A stretch of DNA of 64,000 bases from Acidobacteriota bacterium (GTDB lineage: Bacteria; Acidobacteriota; UBA6911), in assembly GCA_963664705.1 (NCBI GenBank), contig OY761556.1, positions 64,001 through 128,000 of the forward strand, written 5' to 3'. The translations under genes were made by a program, and so were the position numbers. The notes beneath the pieces are model-generated. The model saw nothing but the letters and a program-made list of their open reading frames with translations. It did not search any database and had not been told where the DNA came from. Positions 9,636 through 19,122 of the stretch are shown one piece after another; position 1 is the stretch's first letter; each line of letters starts with the position of its first letter.

Positions 9636-11045
9636 ATGAATCGAAAGTATTTATTGCTGATTGTTGCGGTACTTCTTCTTTTGGAGATTGCGCCGGCTTT
9701 TGCGCAGTCCGATGTTGCCGCAAAGGCCATTGAACCCGCGGACGCCAGGATTGCCCGGCTGGAGGCTCAGGTGCAGGAAGCCAAGAGCGCCGGAGACAAC
9801 GGCTGGATGCTGGTCAGTTCCGCTCTTGTTCTCATGATGACCGGGCCTGGCCTTGCGCTTTTCTACGGTGGGCTTGTGCGGAAGAAAAATGTCCTGTCGG
9901 TCATGATGCAAAGTTTTATCCTCATGGCTGTTGTGACGGCGCTGTGGGTCATCGTCGGATACAGTCTGGCTTTTTCGCACGGCAATTCCTTCATCGGCGG
10001 ATTTGAGCATCTATTCCTGCACGGAGTAGGCGCGGCGCCGGATGCCGACTATGCTCCGACAATTCCCGCCCAGACCTTTATGGTCTATCAGCTCATGTTT
10101 GCCATCATCACGCCGGCCCTCATTACCGGCGCATTTGCCGAGCGGATGAAATTCAGCGCGATGCTGGCTTTCACGGTCATCTGGTTCTTCATTATCTACA
10201 CTCCGCTGGCGCACATGGTGTGGGGGAAAGGCGGCTTCCTGAATGCCGCGCTCGGCGGACGTATCCCCTGTCTCGATTTTGCCGGGGGCACGGTGGTTCA
10301 CATCTCCTCCGGTGTTTCCGCGTTGGTATGTGCCATTTTCCTGGGAAAGCGGATTGGATATCCGCGTGAGCCGATGCCTCCCCACAGCGTCGTTCTGAGC
10401 GTCATCGGTGCCTGCCTTTTGTGGGTGGGGTGGTTTGGCTTCAATGCCGGCAGCGCATTGTCTGCGGGTTCATTGGCCACGAGCGCCTTTGTCGCGACGC
10501 ATCTGAGCGCAGCGGCGGCAACACTTGGATGGACCGTCTCGGAATGGATGCGAACCGGCAAGCCCAGTGTATTGGGAGCCATTTCCGGATCGGTAGCCGG
10601 GCTGGTGGGGATAACGCCGGCGGCAGGTTTTGTCGGGCCTATGGCTGCTTTGGCCATTGGTCTGGTCGTTGGCGTTGTCTGTTACTTCATGGTCGCCAAG
10701 ATCAAGGGGCTTTTTGGCTATGATGACTCCCTGGATGCCTTTGGAGTTCATGGCGCCGGCGGGACGCTGGGGGCATTGTTGACGGGCGTGTTTGCCATCA
10801 GCGGCGTAAATGCAATTTTCAAGGATCCTCAAGGCAAAGCACTTCCGGTCGGACTGCTGGAAGGGAATGGACACCAGTTGCTGAATCAGTTTGCAGGTGC
10901 GCTGATCGCCTGGGTCATTGCCGCCATTGGAACCTATGTGATTCTGAAGATCGTGGACGCGACTATCGGACTCCGCGTTTCGCCGGATGACGAAATCACC
11001 GGGCTCGACCTCAGCCAGCACGGCGAAGAGGGATACAATATGTAG
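9636..11045 (+). CDS. amtB: Ammonium transporter
   Basis: LVLMMT.PGLALFYGG, FAIITPALI, DFAGGTVVH, WFGFNAGS, DDSLDAFGVHG, GLDLSQHGE. Confidence 0.97.
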   Translation: MNRKYLLLIVAVLLLLEIAPAFAQSDVAAKAIEPADARIARLEAQVQEAKSAGDNGWMLVSSALVLMMTGPGLALFYGGLVRKKNVLSVMMQSFILMAVVTALWVIVGYSLAFSHGNSFIGGFEHLFLHGVGAAPDADYAPTIPAQTFMVYQLMFAIITPALITGAFAERMKFSAMLAFTVIWFFIIYTPLAHMVWGKGGFLNAALGGRIPCLDFAGGTVVHISSGVSALVCAIFLGKRIGYPREPMPPHSVVLSVIGACLLWVGWFGFNAGSALSAGSLATSAFVATHLSAAAATLGWTVSEWMRTGKPSVLGAISGSVAGLVGITPAAGFVGPMAALAIGLVVGVVCYFMVAKIKGLFGYDDSLDAFGVHGAGGTLGALLTGVFAISGVNAIFKDPQGKALPVGLLEGNGHQLLNQFAGALIAWVIAAIGTYVILKIVDATIGLRVSPDDEITGLDLSQHGEEGYNM

Positions 11046-11050
11046 CAAAA

Positions 11051-11077
11051 AGGAGGCAGGATTCGTTCCTGCCTCCT
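11051..11077. terminator. Hairpin between amtB and the convergent gene
   Basis: AGGAGGCAGGA-TTCGT-TCCTGCCTCCT, A-run on the left side. Confidence 0.7.
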
Positions 11078-11082
11078 GCCTT

Positions 11083-13302
11083 CTACATTCTCAACAAATA
11101 GCTGAGCTTCACAAAAAACTGACGTCCCGCCGATGTGTCCGGCAGTCCATTCCGTTGCATATAGGGCGACACCCGCGGGTCCATATGCATATTTTCGTAA
11201 TTATCCGTGTAGCCTACATAAACGGCGGTCCCAGGGTGCAGCAGATAGGTGAAGAGAAAGTCCAGGCCCAGCCGCTTGGTGTGCTCCAGGTATACCAGGG
11301 AACTGTTCGGCAGGACAGCGTTGTAATCGATGATCGCCCGGAGCGAGAATTCGCGTGAGAACTGATAATTCACTTTTGAGCGGAAGATGTGGTTGTTGAA
11401 AATGCTTGCATCGGAATGCTGAGGTGAGGCGAGGCGGGAGTACAGATAGGTTTCGTTCACGTTCAGGCGTGCCGATGGCTTGAGCGTAAAACCGAATGTA
11501 TTATCGAAGGATCTGGCCAGGAATGGCCTGAGTCCGCCGGCGGGATAGTAATTAATGCGGTCTCCTCTTCCGATGGAGGCGTTGAAAGCGAGCCACCGGA
11601 GCCACTCCGTGCTGAAATCGACGCTGCTATAGCTCTTGCGAAAATCGATCCCATCAAAACGTTCAAAGCTCTCGGTGTGTCCGATGAAGATATTGGTCAT
11701 TCTGGTGAGTTCGAACATAAAGGATGGATTGGCTTTCCAGTCGGTCATGGTGCCGCTGTAATCCCAGGTGACCGATCCCGCAATATGCGGGCCGAAACTC
11801 ACGACTTTGCTTTTTTCGGGCCGCCATGAATAACCCATGTCGTAACCGGTTTCCCTCATATTGACCCGCTGGATAAATCCCAGGTCGGTTTCAAAATCGG
11901 GGCTGTGGTCCTGGTAGTAGGTATTCATGTGGAACTTGCGGCCGGATCTGCTCAGTCGCGCATATCCGGCTGCGCCATCGTAGCGGCGGCCTGAGAGCGT
12001 ACGGGTTCTGCTGGCGATCAGTTGACCCGTAGCGGTCCAGTTCGTGCCGAACTTCAGCCGTGTATCGATAGCGAGGATACGGTTGGAACTGGACCCGAAA
12101 TCCCTGCTGGTGGCCAGCATCCCGATGCGGGACTCCTTGCCAAGTTCGCGATAGATCCTAAGAACGCCGATCCCGGCCCTGTCTTCATAGTAAGGATCAT
12201 CCGGAGCGCGCATTTTTCCCTCGGCCCGGTCGTCTGTTGCCAGGGCGCCGACCCCCCAGCGGCCCAGCTTTCCGGTCATACGGAGTCCAACCTGCGGATC
12301 CATAATGCGACGCGAAAAGAACAGGTTTTCCGGGGTTTGAAAAAAGTCCGCGTTTTCGATGAAGAAGGGGCGTTTTTCCGGGAAGAACACCTCGTAGCGC
12401 TGATTGACCGTGACCTGCGGAGAATCCGACTCCACCTGGCTGAAATCCGGATTGACCGTCATGTCGAATGTCAATGCATCCCGCAGGATCATCTTGGCGT
12501 CCACGCCGGCGCGGGCATCCTTGTCATTGCTGTAGTTCAGCCCGGGAATCGTCGAATCCAGATTTCGGGCGGCAGAGAACATGCCGTAGGGAATGAACTG
12601 GAAATTGCGTCCAGGCGAAATGTTGGCGAGCCCATTCAGGTGGCCGAACTGGCCGGTCCAACTCGGCAGGAGACGTCGCGTGACATGAGGCCATGTGCCG
12701 GATTCATTATTCCTCAAAATAAACCTTGATAGCAGGATGCCCCAGGTCTGAGTCGAGGTGTGCGGGAAGCGCAGACTTTTAAACGGGATAGTCATAAACA
12801 CGATATAGCCGTCCGACGTCAGTTTGCCTTCCGAGTACCAGAGAGTATCGAAACTGTCGTCATCCCCGCTGTCGGAATGAATGTAGTCCATCTGAATCCC
12901 ATAGGGATTTGCCGAGAAACCAAAGTTGCGCCGGTGATCGTGAAAAGTATCGATGGATACATCCACCCAGTCGTCGCTGAAAATCGAGGCATCCCGCTTG
13001 GTGATGTGCGCTCTGATTTTCGCGGGATCGTCCTTGCAGTCGAACGCGACATAGATGTTCTTCTGGTCATAAGAGAGATAGGTTGTCGTTGGTCGGCTTA
13101 TCGGGTCGCCGTCGCCGGGATCGAATTGGCGGAAATCCGTAATTGTCAGTTCCGCCTCTCTGGGCGTCTTATTGAGAAAATCCTCGAATTTTGGAGGCCG
13201 CGAAACCATCGGAATACGTCCGGCCGGCGTATCCTGTGCGACTGCCGGGTAGAGTCCAAATGCAGCAAAAACGACAGAAAGCCACCTTCGATTCAAAATC
13301 AT
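11083..13302 (-). CDS. CBM9-like/DUF5916-type exported protein (probable outer-membrane beta-barrel)
   Basis: Signal peptide; TVNPDFSQVE, FFPEKRPFF, LFFSRRI motifs; C-terminal FVKLSYL barrel-like strand. Confidence 0.75.
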   Translation of the reverse strand: MILNRRWLSVVFAAFGLYPAVAQDTPAGRIPMVSRPPKFEDFLNKTPREAELTITDFRQFDPGDGDPISRPTTTYLSYDQKNIYVAFDCKDDPAKIRAHITKRDASIFSDDWVDVSIDTFHDHRRNFGFSANPYGIQMDYIHSDSGDDDSFDTLWYSEGKLTSDGYIVFMTIPFKSLRFPHTSTQTWGILLSRFILRNNESGTWPHVTRRLLPSWTGQFGHLNGLANISPGRNFQFIPYGMFSAARNLDSTIPGLNYSNDKDARAGVDAKMILRDALTFDMTVNPDFSQVESDSPQVTVNQRYEVFFPEKRPFFIENADFFQTPENLFFSRRIMDPQVGLRMTGKLGRWGVGALATDDRAEGKMRAPDDPYYEDRAGIGVLRIYRELGKESRIGMLATSRDFGSSSNRILAIDTRLKFGTNWTATGQLIASRTRTLSGRRYDGAAGYARLSRSGRKFHMNTYYQDHSPDFETDLGFIQRVNMRETGYDMGYSWRPEKSKVVSFGPHIAGSVTWDYSGTMTDWKANPSFMFELTRMTNIFIGHTESFERFDGIDFRKSYSSVDFSTEWLRWLAFNASIGRGDRINYYPAGGLRPFLARSFDNTFGFTLKPSARLNVNETYLYSRLASPQHSDASIFNNHIFRSKVNYQFSREFSLRAIIDYNAVLPNSSLVYLEHTKRLGLDFLFTYLLHPGTAVYVGYTDNYENMHMDPRVSPYMQRNGLPDTSAGRQFFVKLSYLLRM

Positions 13303-13468
13303 GCCTTGCTCCAGGAATAAGCTGAGATCAGGGTTGCGAGACTATACGAAATGGAGCGGTTTGCGCAACAAATCCTTCCAGGATCAGACATATTCAGGAT
13401 CCGGAATTGCGTCCACGCTTCAAGCATGAACTTGACGAGCCAAGGCAGTGGCTCTAACATGATCTGCC

Positions 13469-15277
13469 ATGACAGAGAAAATCCGGCCCACCACTGGAAT
13501 CGCTCAGGTCGATAAGGCAATCGGCGGCGTCATTGACGGCGATAACCTCGTCTGGGAAATCGACTCGGGGGTTGCCGGAGATCATTTCATCTCGCAGTTT
13601 GTCCGCGCCTGCGAACAAAGCGGCATTCCCATCGTGTATGTCAGTTTCAACCGTTCGCCTCAGACGATCGCGGCCAAATATGCCCGTCTCATGTCTCCCG
13701 GCCGTTTTTCGCTGATCGACTGCTTTTCATCGGGGAAGGGCAATTCCGACGAGATGTTCCTTAAGTTTTTCGATGATCCGGCGCGCAACTCTGTCCACGC
13801 CCCGGTGCACATCGCCGATCCCGCGGATCCCTCGCGACTCGAACAGGCACTCATTGAAGTGGGGACGCGAGGCGGCCGATCTGCGAATTATGTTTTCGAT
13901 TCCCTCACTGGAATGCTGGATTTGTGGGGGGACGAGAATCGTGTGGTGCGGTTGTTCGGCCATCTCTGTCCGCGCCTGTATGACCTTAATACCCTTGCCT
14001 ACTGGTTGATTGAAACGGAAGCGCATACGGAAGCCTTCCTGGCCAAAGTGCGGCATATCACCCAGGTGGTCATGGAGGTATCCCTCTCAAATGGTCAGAA
14101 ATCACTGACCGTCCACAAAGCATCCGGCCGAATTGCCGAAATCGGTGTGCCTCAACCTCTGGATCTCGGAGAGGGGATTGCCTTCCATGAGGGAGAACAG
14201 CGGCATTCGCCCGAAGTCGACCCGATGACCAAACGCGGCGAGGAATTGAGAAGAACCTATCGCGTTGACAGCATTGTCGGAGGCAGCGCCGCGATTCGCA
14301 GGCTCCTGGGTGTGGCCGCAACCGCTGCGCGGTCGCGCTCTTCCGTGCTTATCACGGGTGAGACCGGCACGGGGAAAGAACTCATCGCCAACGTTGTCCA
14401 CTACAACAGCGACCGGGCCTCGGGGCCGCTGGTCAAAGTCAATTGCGGCGCTCTTCCGGAAACACTCCTCGAGACGGAGCTGTTTGGCCATGTCAAAGGA
14501 GCTTTTACCGGCGCGGTTCGGGATTATGAAGGCCGATTCCAAGCGGCTGACGGCGGGACGCTTTTCCTGGATGAAGTCAGCGAAATGAGTCCGCGCCTTC
14601 AGGTGAAACTTCTGCGGGTCTTGCAGGAGCGGCAGTTTGAACCCGTTGGATCTACTCGAACCGTGACAGTGGATGTCCGAATCGTTGCCGCCACCGGCAG
14701 AGACCTCCGCGCGGAAATCCGCGCAGGCAGATTCAGACATGACCTCTTTTACCGGCTCAACGTGATCCCCGTTCATCTTCCTCCCCTGTCTGAACGGCGC
14801 GAAGACATCCCGCTCCTCGTGGATCACTTTCTCGAAAAGTACAATCGTGAGGCGGACCGCCAGGTTACGCGCGTCCCACGGGAAGTCCTCGACAAGTTCA
14901 TGGCCTATTCATGGCCTGGCAATATCCGTGAACTGGAGAATTGTATTGAACGCGCCGTCGTCATGAGTCCGGACAACGAGGTTTCACTCGACATACTCCC
15001 GGAGGAAATCCAGGAGTGCCGAACCGATCTCGCGGCCGCGCCCGAACCTGGGAAAGAACAAGACCCCAAAGATGAATTGCGCCAGTCGGTCATCCGGTTG
15101 CTGCTATCAAACGACGATCCTTCCGGCATGCGTACCCTTATCCTCGAGACCGTTGAGGAGACGCTTCTGCGCCAGTTGCTCGAGTCCGGCCGCTATAGCC
15201 AGCGAGAACTGGCAACCCTGCTATCGCTAAGCCGAGTCACGCTGCGGAAAAAGCTCGAACACTACAAAATATCCTGA
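13469..15277 (+). CDS. Sigma-54 enhancer-binding protein with N-terminal degenerate KaiC/RAD55-like domain and C-terminal HTH
   Basis: GETGTGKE, ELFGHVKGAFTGA, LFLDE, WPGNIREL, C-terminal HTH; N-terminus TGIAQVD..IGG, YVSF, YVFDSL. Confidence 0.9.
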   Translation: MTEKIRPTTGIAQVDKAIGGVIDGDNLVWEIDSGVAGDHFISQFVRACEQSGIPIVYVSFNRSPQTIAAKYARLMSPGRFSLIDCFSSGKGNSDEMFLKFFDDPARNSVHAPVHIADPADPSRLEQALIEVGTRGGRSANYVFDSLTGMLDLWGDENRVVRLFGHLCPRLYDLNTLAYWLIETEAHTEAFLAKVRHITQVVMEVSLSNGQKSLTVHKASGRIAEIGVPQPLDLGEGIAFHEGEQRHSPEVDPMTKRGEELRRTYRVDSIVGGSAAIRRLLGVAATAARSRSSVLITGETGTGKELIANVVHYNSDRASGPLVKVNCGALPETLLETELFGHVKGAFTGAVRDYEGRFQAADGGTLFLDEVSEMSPRLQVKLLRVLQERQFEPVGSTRTVTVDVRIVAATGRDLRAEIRAGRFRHDLFYRLNVIPVHLPPLSERREDIPLLVDHFLEKYNREADRQVTRVPREVLDKFMAYSWPGNIRELENCIERAVVMSPDNEVSLDILPEEIQECRTDLAAAPEPGKEQDPKDELRQSVIRLLLSNDDPSGMRTLILETVEETLLRQLLESGRYSQRELATLLSLSRVTLRKKLEHYKIS

Positions 15278-15333
15278 AAGCCGTTCAAGCCTGCCTATCC
15301 ATGCTTCAAATTAGGCCCGGCAAATCAAAAAAC

Positions 15334-15351
15334 CGGTTTCTTTTTTAACCG
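15334..15351. promoter_or_regulatory. Dyad CGGTT-N8-AACCG, candidate activator site
   Basis: About 180 bp upstream of the -24/-12 site, followed by an AT-rich spacer (15410-15530). Confidence 0.35.
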
Positions 15352-15531
15352 AAACCTGCACCCTTGGGTCCCGTAATTTCCCGCGCCTGGTAAAAAAACT
15401 GTTCCATGTGAAAACAAAATGATCCATTTCTCGAAATTATTGGTTCTTTTGTATATGAAATATAATTTCATAAAACTTGCATGGTTTTGAAAAGATTAGG
15501 TGAAAAAATTTATTCTCAAGTCGAGCTTATT

Positions 15532-15547
15532 TGGCACGGGCATTGCT
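15532..15547 (+). promoter_or_regulatory. Sigma-54 (-24/-12) promoter of the glt-hdr-mvh-met operon
   Basis: TGGCAC-GGGCA-TTGCT, consensus match, 46 bp before ATG 15594. Confidence 0.9.
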
Positions 15548-15593
15548 AATAGAAACGCCGAACGGCAATAAAAGTTGGGAAAGGAAACGATCA

Positions 15594-15926
15594 ATGCCCA
15601 AGAACCCAAAATATTACGGTCTTTGTGAGACTTGCGAGCATGACGAAACCTGTACTTTAAGGCGCAGCTCGGTACTCAAGATCATTCAATGCGAGGAATT
15701 CTCGATTCAACCCACGGCTGCCGCGGAGCACTTTGTCAAGGACGAGGTTCTTCATGATGATTTGCAGGAACAGTCCCGCATGGGGTTGTGTGCGAACTGT
15801 CTGAATCTTCCAAGCTGTGGATTTCCAAATGCACGCCATGATGTCGTGCAGTGCGAAGAATACATCCTGGATGAAGCTGGAGTAATCCCGCCGATTCAAA
15901 AAGTACGGTCGGAATCCGCCGCATAA
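15594..15926 (+). CDS. Small tandem Cys4-repeat metal-binding protein
   Basis: Two copies of GLC-x2-C-x5-C-x11/12-CEE[FY]; RBS AAGGA before ATG 15594. Confidence 0.75.
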   Translation: MPKNPKYYGLCETCEHDETCTLRRSSVLKIIQCEEFSIQPTAAAEHFVKDEVLHDDLQEQSRMGLCANCLNLPSCGFPNARHDVVQCEEYILDEAGVIPPIQKVRSESAA

Positions 15927-15948
15927 ATAGATTTAGGAAAGAGACAGA

Positions 15949-16479
15949 ATGGATACCCTCCCCGAGCAAGCTGCCATCACAGTTTTTTTGTGCGCCAATT
16001 GTGCCCGTCCCGGCCAGGTGCCGACATCTTCCGGGCGGACACGGCCTGTTGTCCCGAATTTCGAATGGACTTGTCCCGTCGAGCAGATAGTTGTTCCCTG
16101 TGCTGGACGTCTTCAGCCGGAGAATGTGCTGAAAGCCTTTGAGAAGGGTTCCAGTGTTGTATCCGTAATTGCGTGCCAGGAAGACAACTGCCATTACATT
16201 GAAGGCAGCCGTCGATGCACGCTTCGCGTGGATTATCTTCGCTCGCTTCTTGACGAAATCGGGCTTGGCGGAGATCGCCTGTTATCGTTCTCCCTGCCGG
16301 GCTCCGCATCCCAGGACTTGGCTTTGACTTCGGGTTTGCCCGCAATAAAGACAGCCCAGGATTCGCTCGCGACTCAAATCATTCTTATTCGCGATCAGGT
16401 TATGGCGACGCTCCAGTCGTGCCCGCCCAATCCGATGGCACAAATGCCGGCGGAAGCTTCCGTGGGAGGGGTGGAATAA
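15949..16479 (+). CDS. mvhD: MvhD/FlpD-like 2Fe-2S subunit (divergent)
   Basis: FLCANC...PCAGR...ACQEDNCHY.EG...LLDEIGLGGDRL. Confidence 0.8.
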   Translation: MDTLPEQAAITVFLCANCARPGQVPTSSGRTRPVVPNFEWTCPVEQIVVPCAGRLQPENVLKAFEKGSSVVSVIACQEDNCHYIEGSRRCTLRVDYLRSLLDEIGLGGDRLLSFSLPGSASQDLALTSGLPAIKTAQDSLATQIILIRDQVMATLQSCPPNPMAQMPAEASVGGVE

Positions 16480-17369
16480 TGAACCGGTTTGCCAGTGCAT
16501 TGATGTCCCGCCAGTTGATTGTTTCGGCGGAGTGCCTGCCGCCCCGGGGTTCGGACCCGGAGGCGATCAAGGCTTTTTCCGCATCTCTTCCGGAACGGGT
16601 GAATGCCGTTGTTGTTGCGGATAACCCTGATGTAATCCGCGGATCCGCTCTTTCGACGGCTCGGCTTTTGTCGTGGGAAGGCAAGAAGAGCATTGTCCTT
16701 TCGATGGCTACACGTGATCGCAACCGGTTGGCTCTCCTGAGCGATGCTTTGGGCGCGGCGGCCCTGGATGTGGATGCAGTGCTTTGCATGAGCGGCAATC
16801 ACCAGTCCATCGGCGTGTGTCCCCAGGCTGCGGCCGCAAACGATTTTGACTCCATCCAGTTTACCCAGGCGCTGAAGAAACTGGTTCTTCATGGTGTGGG
16901 GCCCAATGGAAACGGCCTTGAACCCCGGCTCGAATTGCAGATTGGTGCGACAGCGCATCCCTACCTGCGTCCGTTGGACCTGAGTCTCTTCCGCCTCAGG
17001 AAGAAGATTCTTGCGGGAGCCGATTTTCTCTTCACGCAGGCGATCTTTGATCTTGGCGGGTTTTTTGAATGGATAAAGGGTGTGCAGGCTGCCGGGTTTG
17101 ACAAGAGGACGGCCATCATTGCCAGCGTTCTGCCGCTTGCAAGCGTCGACAAAGCGAGGGAATTGCAGAAGGCGCATACCTATGGGCCGGTTCCGGACAG
17201 CGTTGTGGAACGCATCAGCGGAGCTGCTCAGCCTGCTCGCGAAGGCGTGGCGATCGCAGCGGAGATAGCAAAGCAGTTGAAAAGTGTTCCGGAAATCCGT
17301 GGCATTCACATTCTCAACGGCGGTGATGATTCCCTGATCGCCGATGTCATAAAGCAGGCCGGAGTTTAG
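16479..17369 (+). CDS. metF: Methylenetetrahydrofolate reductase-like flavoprotein (MetF)
   Basis: SAECLPP, DNP, RDRNRLAL.SD..GA, KKI.AGADF.FTQ, GIHI; TAATG overlap with mvhD stop. Confidence 0.8.
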   Translation: MNRFASALMSRQLIVSAECLPPRGSDPEAIKAFSASLPERVNAVVVADNPDVIRGSALSTARLLSWEGKKSIVLSMATRDRNRLALLSDALGAAALDVDAVLCMSGNHQSIGVCPQAAAANDFDSIQFTQALKKLVLHGVGPNGNGLEPRLELQIGATAHPYLRPLDLSLFRLRKKILAGADFLFTQAIFDLGGFFEWIKGVQAAGFDKRTAIIASVLPLASVDKARELQKAHTYGPVPDSVVERISGAAQPAREGVAIAAEIAKQLKSVPEIRGIHILNGGDDSLIADVIKQAGV

Positions 17370-17449
17370 TTCTGAATTTTCGGGCGTGAAGCGGAAGTCG
17401 CGGAATTCCCGTTCGTTATTTTTTGGCAATTTTTTCTGTAGAGACACAT

Positions 17450-18871
17450 ATGCCTGATCGTTACCACATTCATACGGTGCCCACGCCGGGGCGCTTCTAC
17501 CGGGTCGGAAAGTTCGGCGGTGTTGACTGGCGCGAGGACTGCTCCCGTTGTTCCAATTGCGTAAAGCGGCGCTGCTGCTATGACGTGTATGACCACGAGT
17601 CGGACCATAATCGGGATCCGTTCAGCTCCAGTCAGACGTTGAATGAATGCAAGGCCTGTTTCTCCTGTGTTCAGGGCTGCACGAAAGGCCTGCTAAGCCT
17701 TTCCGTCAATCCTGAATTCCTCGAAATGGGAGATGATTTCTGGAAGCCCGACGTAATCATGACCACATGGAATCAGGCCGAGACCGGCAAAATTCCTGTG
17801 TCCGGCGCCGGATATCGCGGCCGCTTTCATGGCCCTGGATTCGATTCCATCTGGACGGATATGTCTGAGATTGTTCGCCCCACGCGGGATGGAATTCATG
17901 GACGCGAATACATCTCTACCTCCGTGGATATCGGTCCCAAGCCGATGCGCCTGAGTTTTGCACCGGACGGGACTATGCTCTCGGCTCCTGCGAAACTCCT
18001 GGAATTGCAGATGCCCGCGGTTCTGGACATCCCGGCCTGGCCGGTGCAGCAACCGGCTCTTGCCCAAGCGCGCGCCGTGGCGGCCGAAGAACTGAAAACC
18101 GTGGCTGTGATGTATGCAAAGGATGCCGTGCTCCTGTCAATGGAATTGCGGCCTTTTGTTGCACCCATCATTGATGCGGAAGTGCCGGCGGGGATTCTCG
18201 ACGGGCGCTGGGCAATGATGCAACTGATTGATCGGGCGGACATTCTGAAGAATGCCGAGGCAATTCGGGCGACAAATCCCGAGATGATTCTATCTGTCCG
18301 GTTGCCGCTTGGCCCGGATACCACCGAGCGCCTCCTCGACCTTTTCCGCCGCGGGTTTAGAGTTTTTCATCTGTGCGCGGATTTGCACGGAAAGGAACTG
18401 ACGGAGGATTCCGTGTCCGCGCGTCATATCAAGGATGTTCTTCGGGAACTTCATTCCCGCCTTGTCAAAGAGGGGATCCGGGATGAAGCAACCCTGATCG
18501 TTGCCGGCGGAATCGCGCTGGCGGAGCATATGGCCAAATCCATTATTTGCGGCGCGGATCTCGTGGCTGCCGACACGGCTTTGATGGTGGCTCTTGGCTG
18601 TCGCGTGTGCCGTGACGCTCATGTGCCGGGACAGAAGAGCTGTGCCTGCCCGGCCGAACTGGACTCTGTAGACATCAATTATGCGGCCCAGCGCATCGTC
18701 AATCTGATGGGGGCATGGCACAGTCAGCTGATTGAAGTCCTCGGCGCGATGGGCATCCGCGAAGCGCGACGGTTGCGCGGCGAAATGGGCCGGGCCATTT
18801 TCATGGAAGAGATTGAAAAAGAAGCTTTTGGAGACCTTTACCGGGTCCGTCAGGAGCAGGTGAGTGCATAA
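17450..18871 (+). CDS. Glutamate-synthase-related FMN-barrel/ferredoxin protein, degenerate paralog
   Basis: N-terminal CxxCxxC...C and CxxCxxC...C; GAGY.G...GPGFDS.WTDMSEIVRPTRDGIHGRE; LIVAGGI...AK....GAD; lacks QGAKPG. Confidence 0.8.
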   Translation: MPDRYHIHTVPTPGRFYRVGKFGGVDWREDCSRCSNCVKRRCCYDVYDHESDHNRDPFSSSQTLNECKACFSCVQGCTKGLLSLSVNPEFLEMGDDFWKPDVIMTTWNQAETGKIPVSGAGYRGRFHGPGFDSIWTDMSEIVRPTRDGIHGREYISTSVDIGPKPMRLSFAPDGTMLSAPAKLLELQMPAVLDIPAWPVQQPALAQARAVAAEELKTVAVMYAKDAVLLSMELRPFVAPIIDAEVPAGILDGRWAMMQLIDRADILKNAEAIRATNPEMILSVRLPLGPDTTERLLDLFRRGFRVFHLCADLHGKELTEDSVSARHIKDVLRELHSRLVKEGIRDEATLIVAGGIALAEHMAKSIICGADLVAADTALMVALGCRVCRDAHVPGQKSCACPAELDSVDINYAAQRIVNLMGAWHSQLIEVLGAMGIREARRLRGEMGRAIFMEEIEKEAFGDLYRVRQEQVSA

Positions 18872-18915
18872 CAGCGGAGCGCGGAATCAGAAAACCGCAG
18901 ATCAGAATAAGACCT

Positions 18916-19087
18916 GTGCCTTTACAGGGCTTTCGGGGTTGTGTTCAGGCTCGGAGACATGTGCAGGCTCAACGCTATTTTCCCGCCACATCAGGGTCGC
19001 TCCTTCCGATATGGCAGTGACAAATAGCAGGGCGAGGGCCTGCAATTATGTTTCCCGAGCTGAAAGCCCGAGGCCCTGCAAGGGCAC
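18916..19087. repeat. ~172-bp imperfect fold-back (REP/MITE-like) element inside the operon
   Basis: Termini GTGCCTTTACAGGGC / GCCCTGCAAGGGCAC (13/15 complementary) with nested complementary blocks. Confidence 0.7.
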
Positions 19088-19122
19088 CAGGTTTACTGCT
19101 CCTTTTTAGCACAGGTGGGTGC

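Noticed and set aside
15531-15593. TTG-start N-terminal extension of the Cys-rich ORF
   Set aside because: It overlaps the sigma-54 promoter itself; ATG 15594 has an RBS
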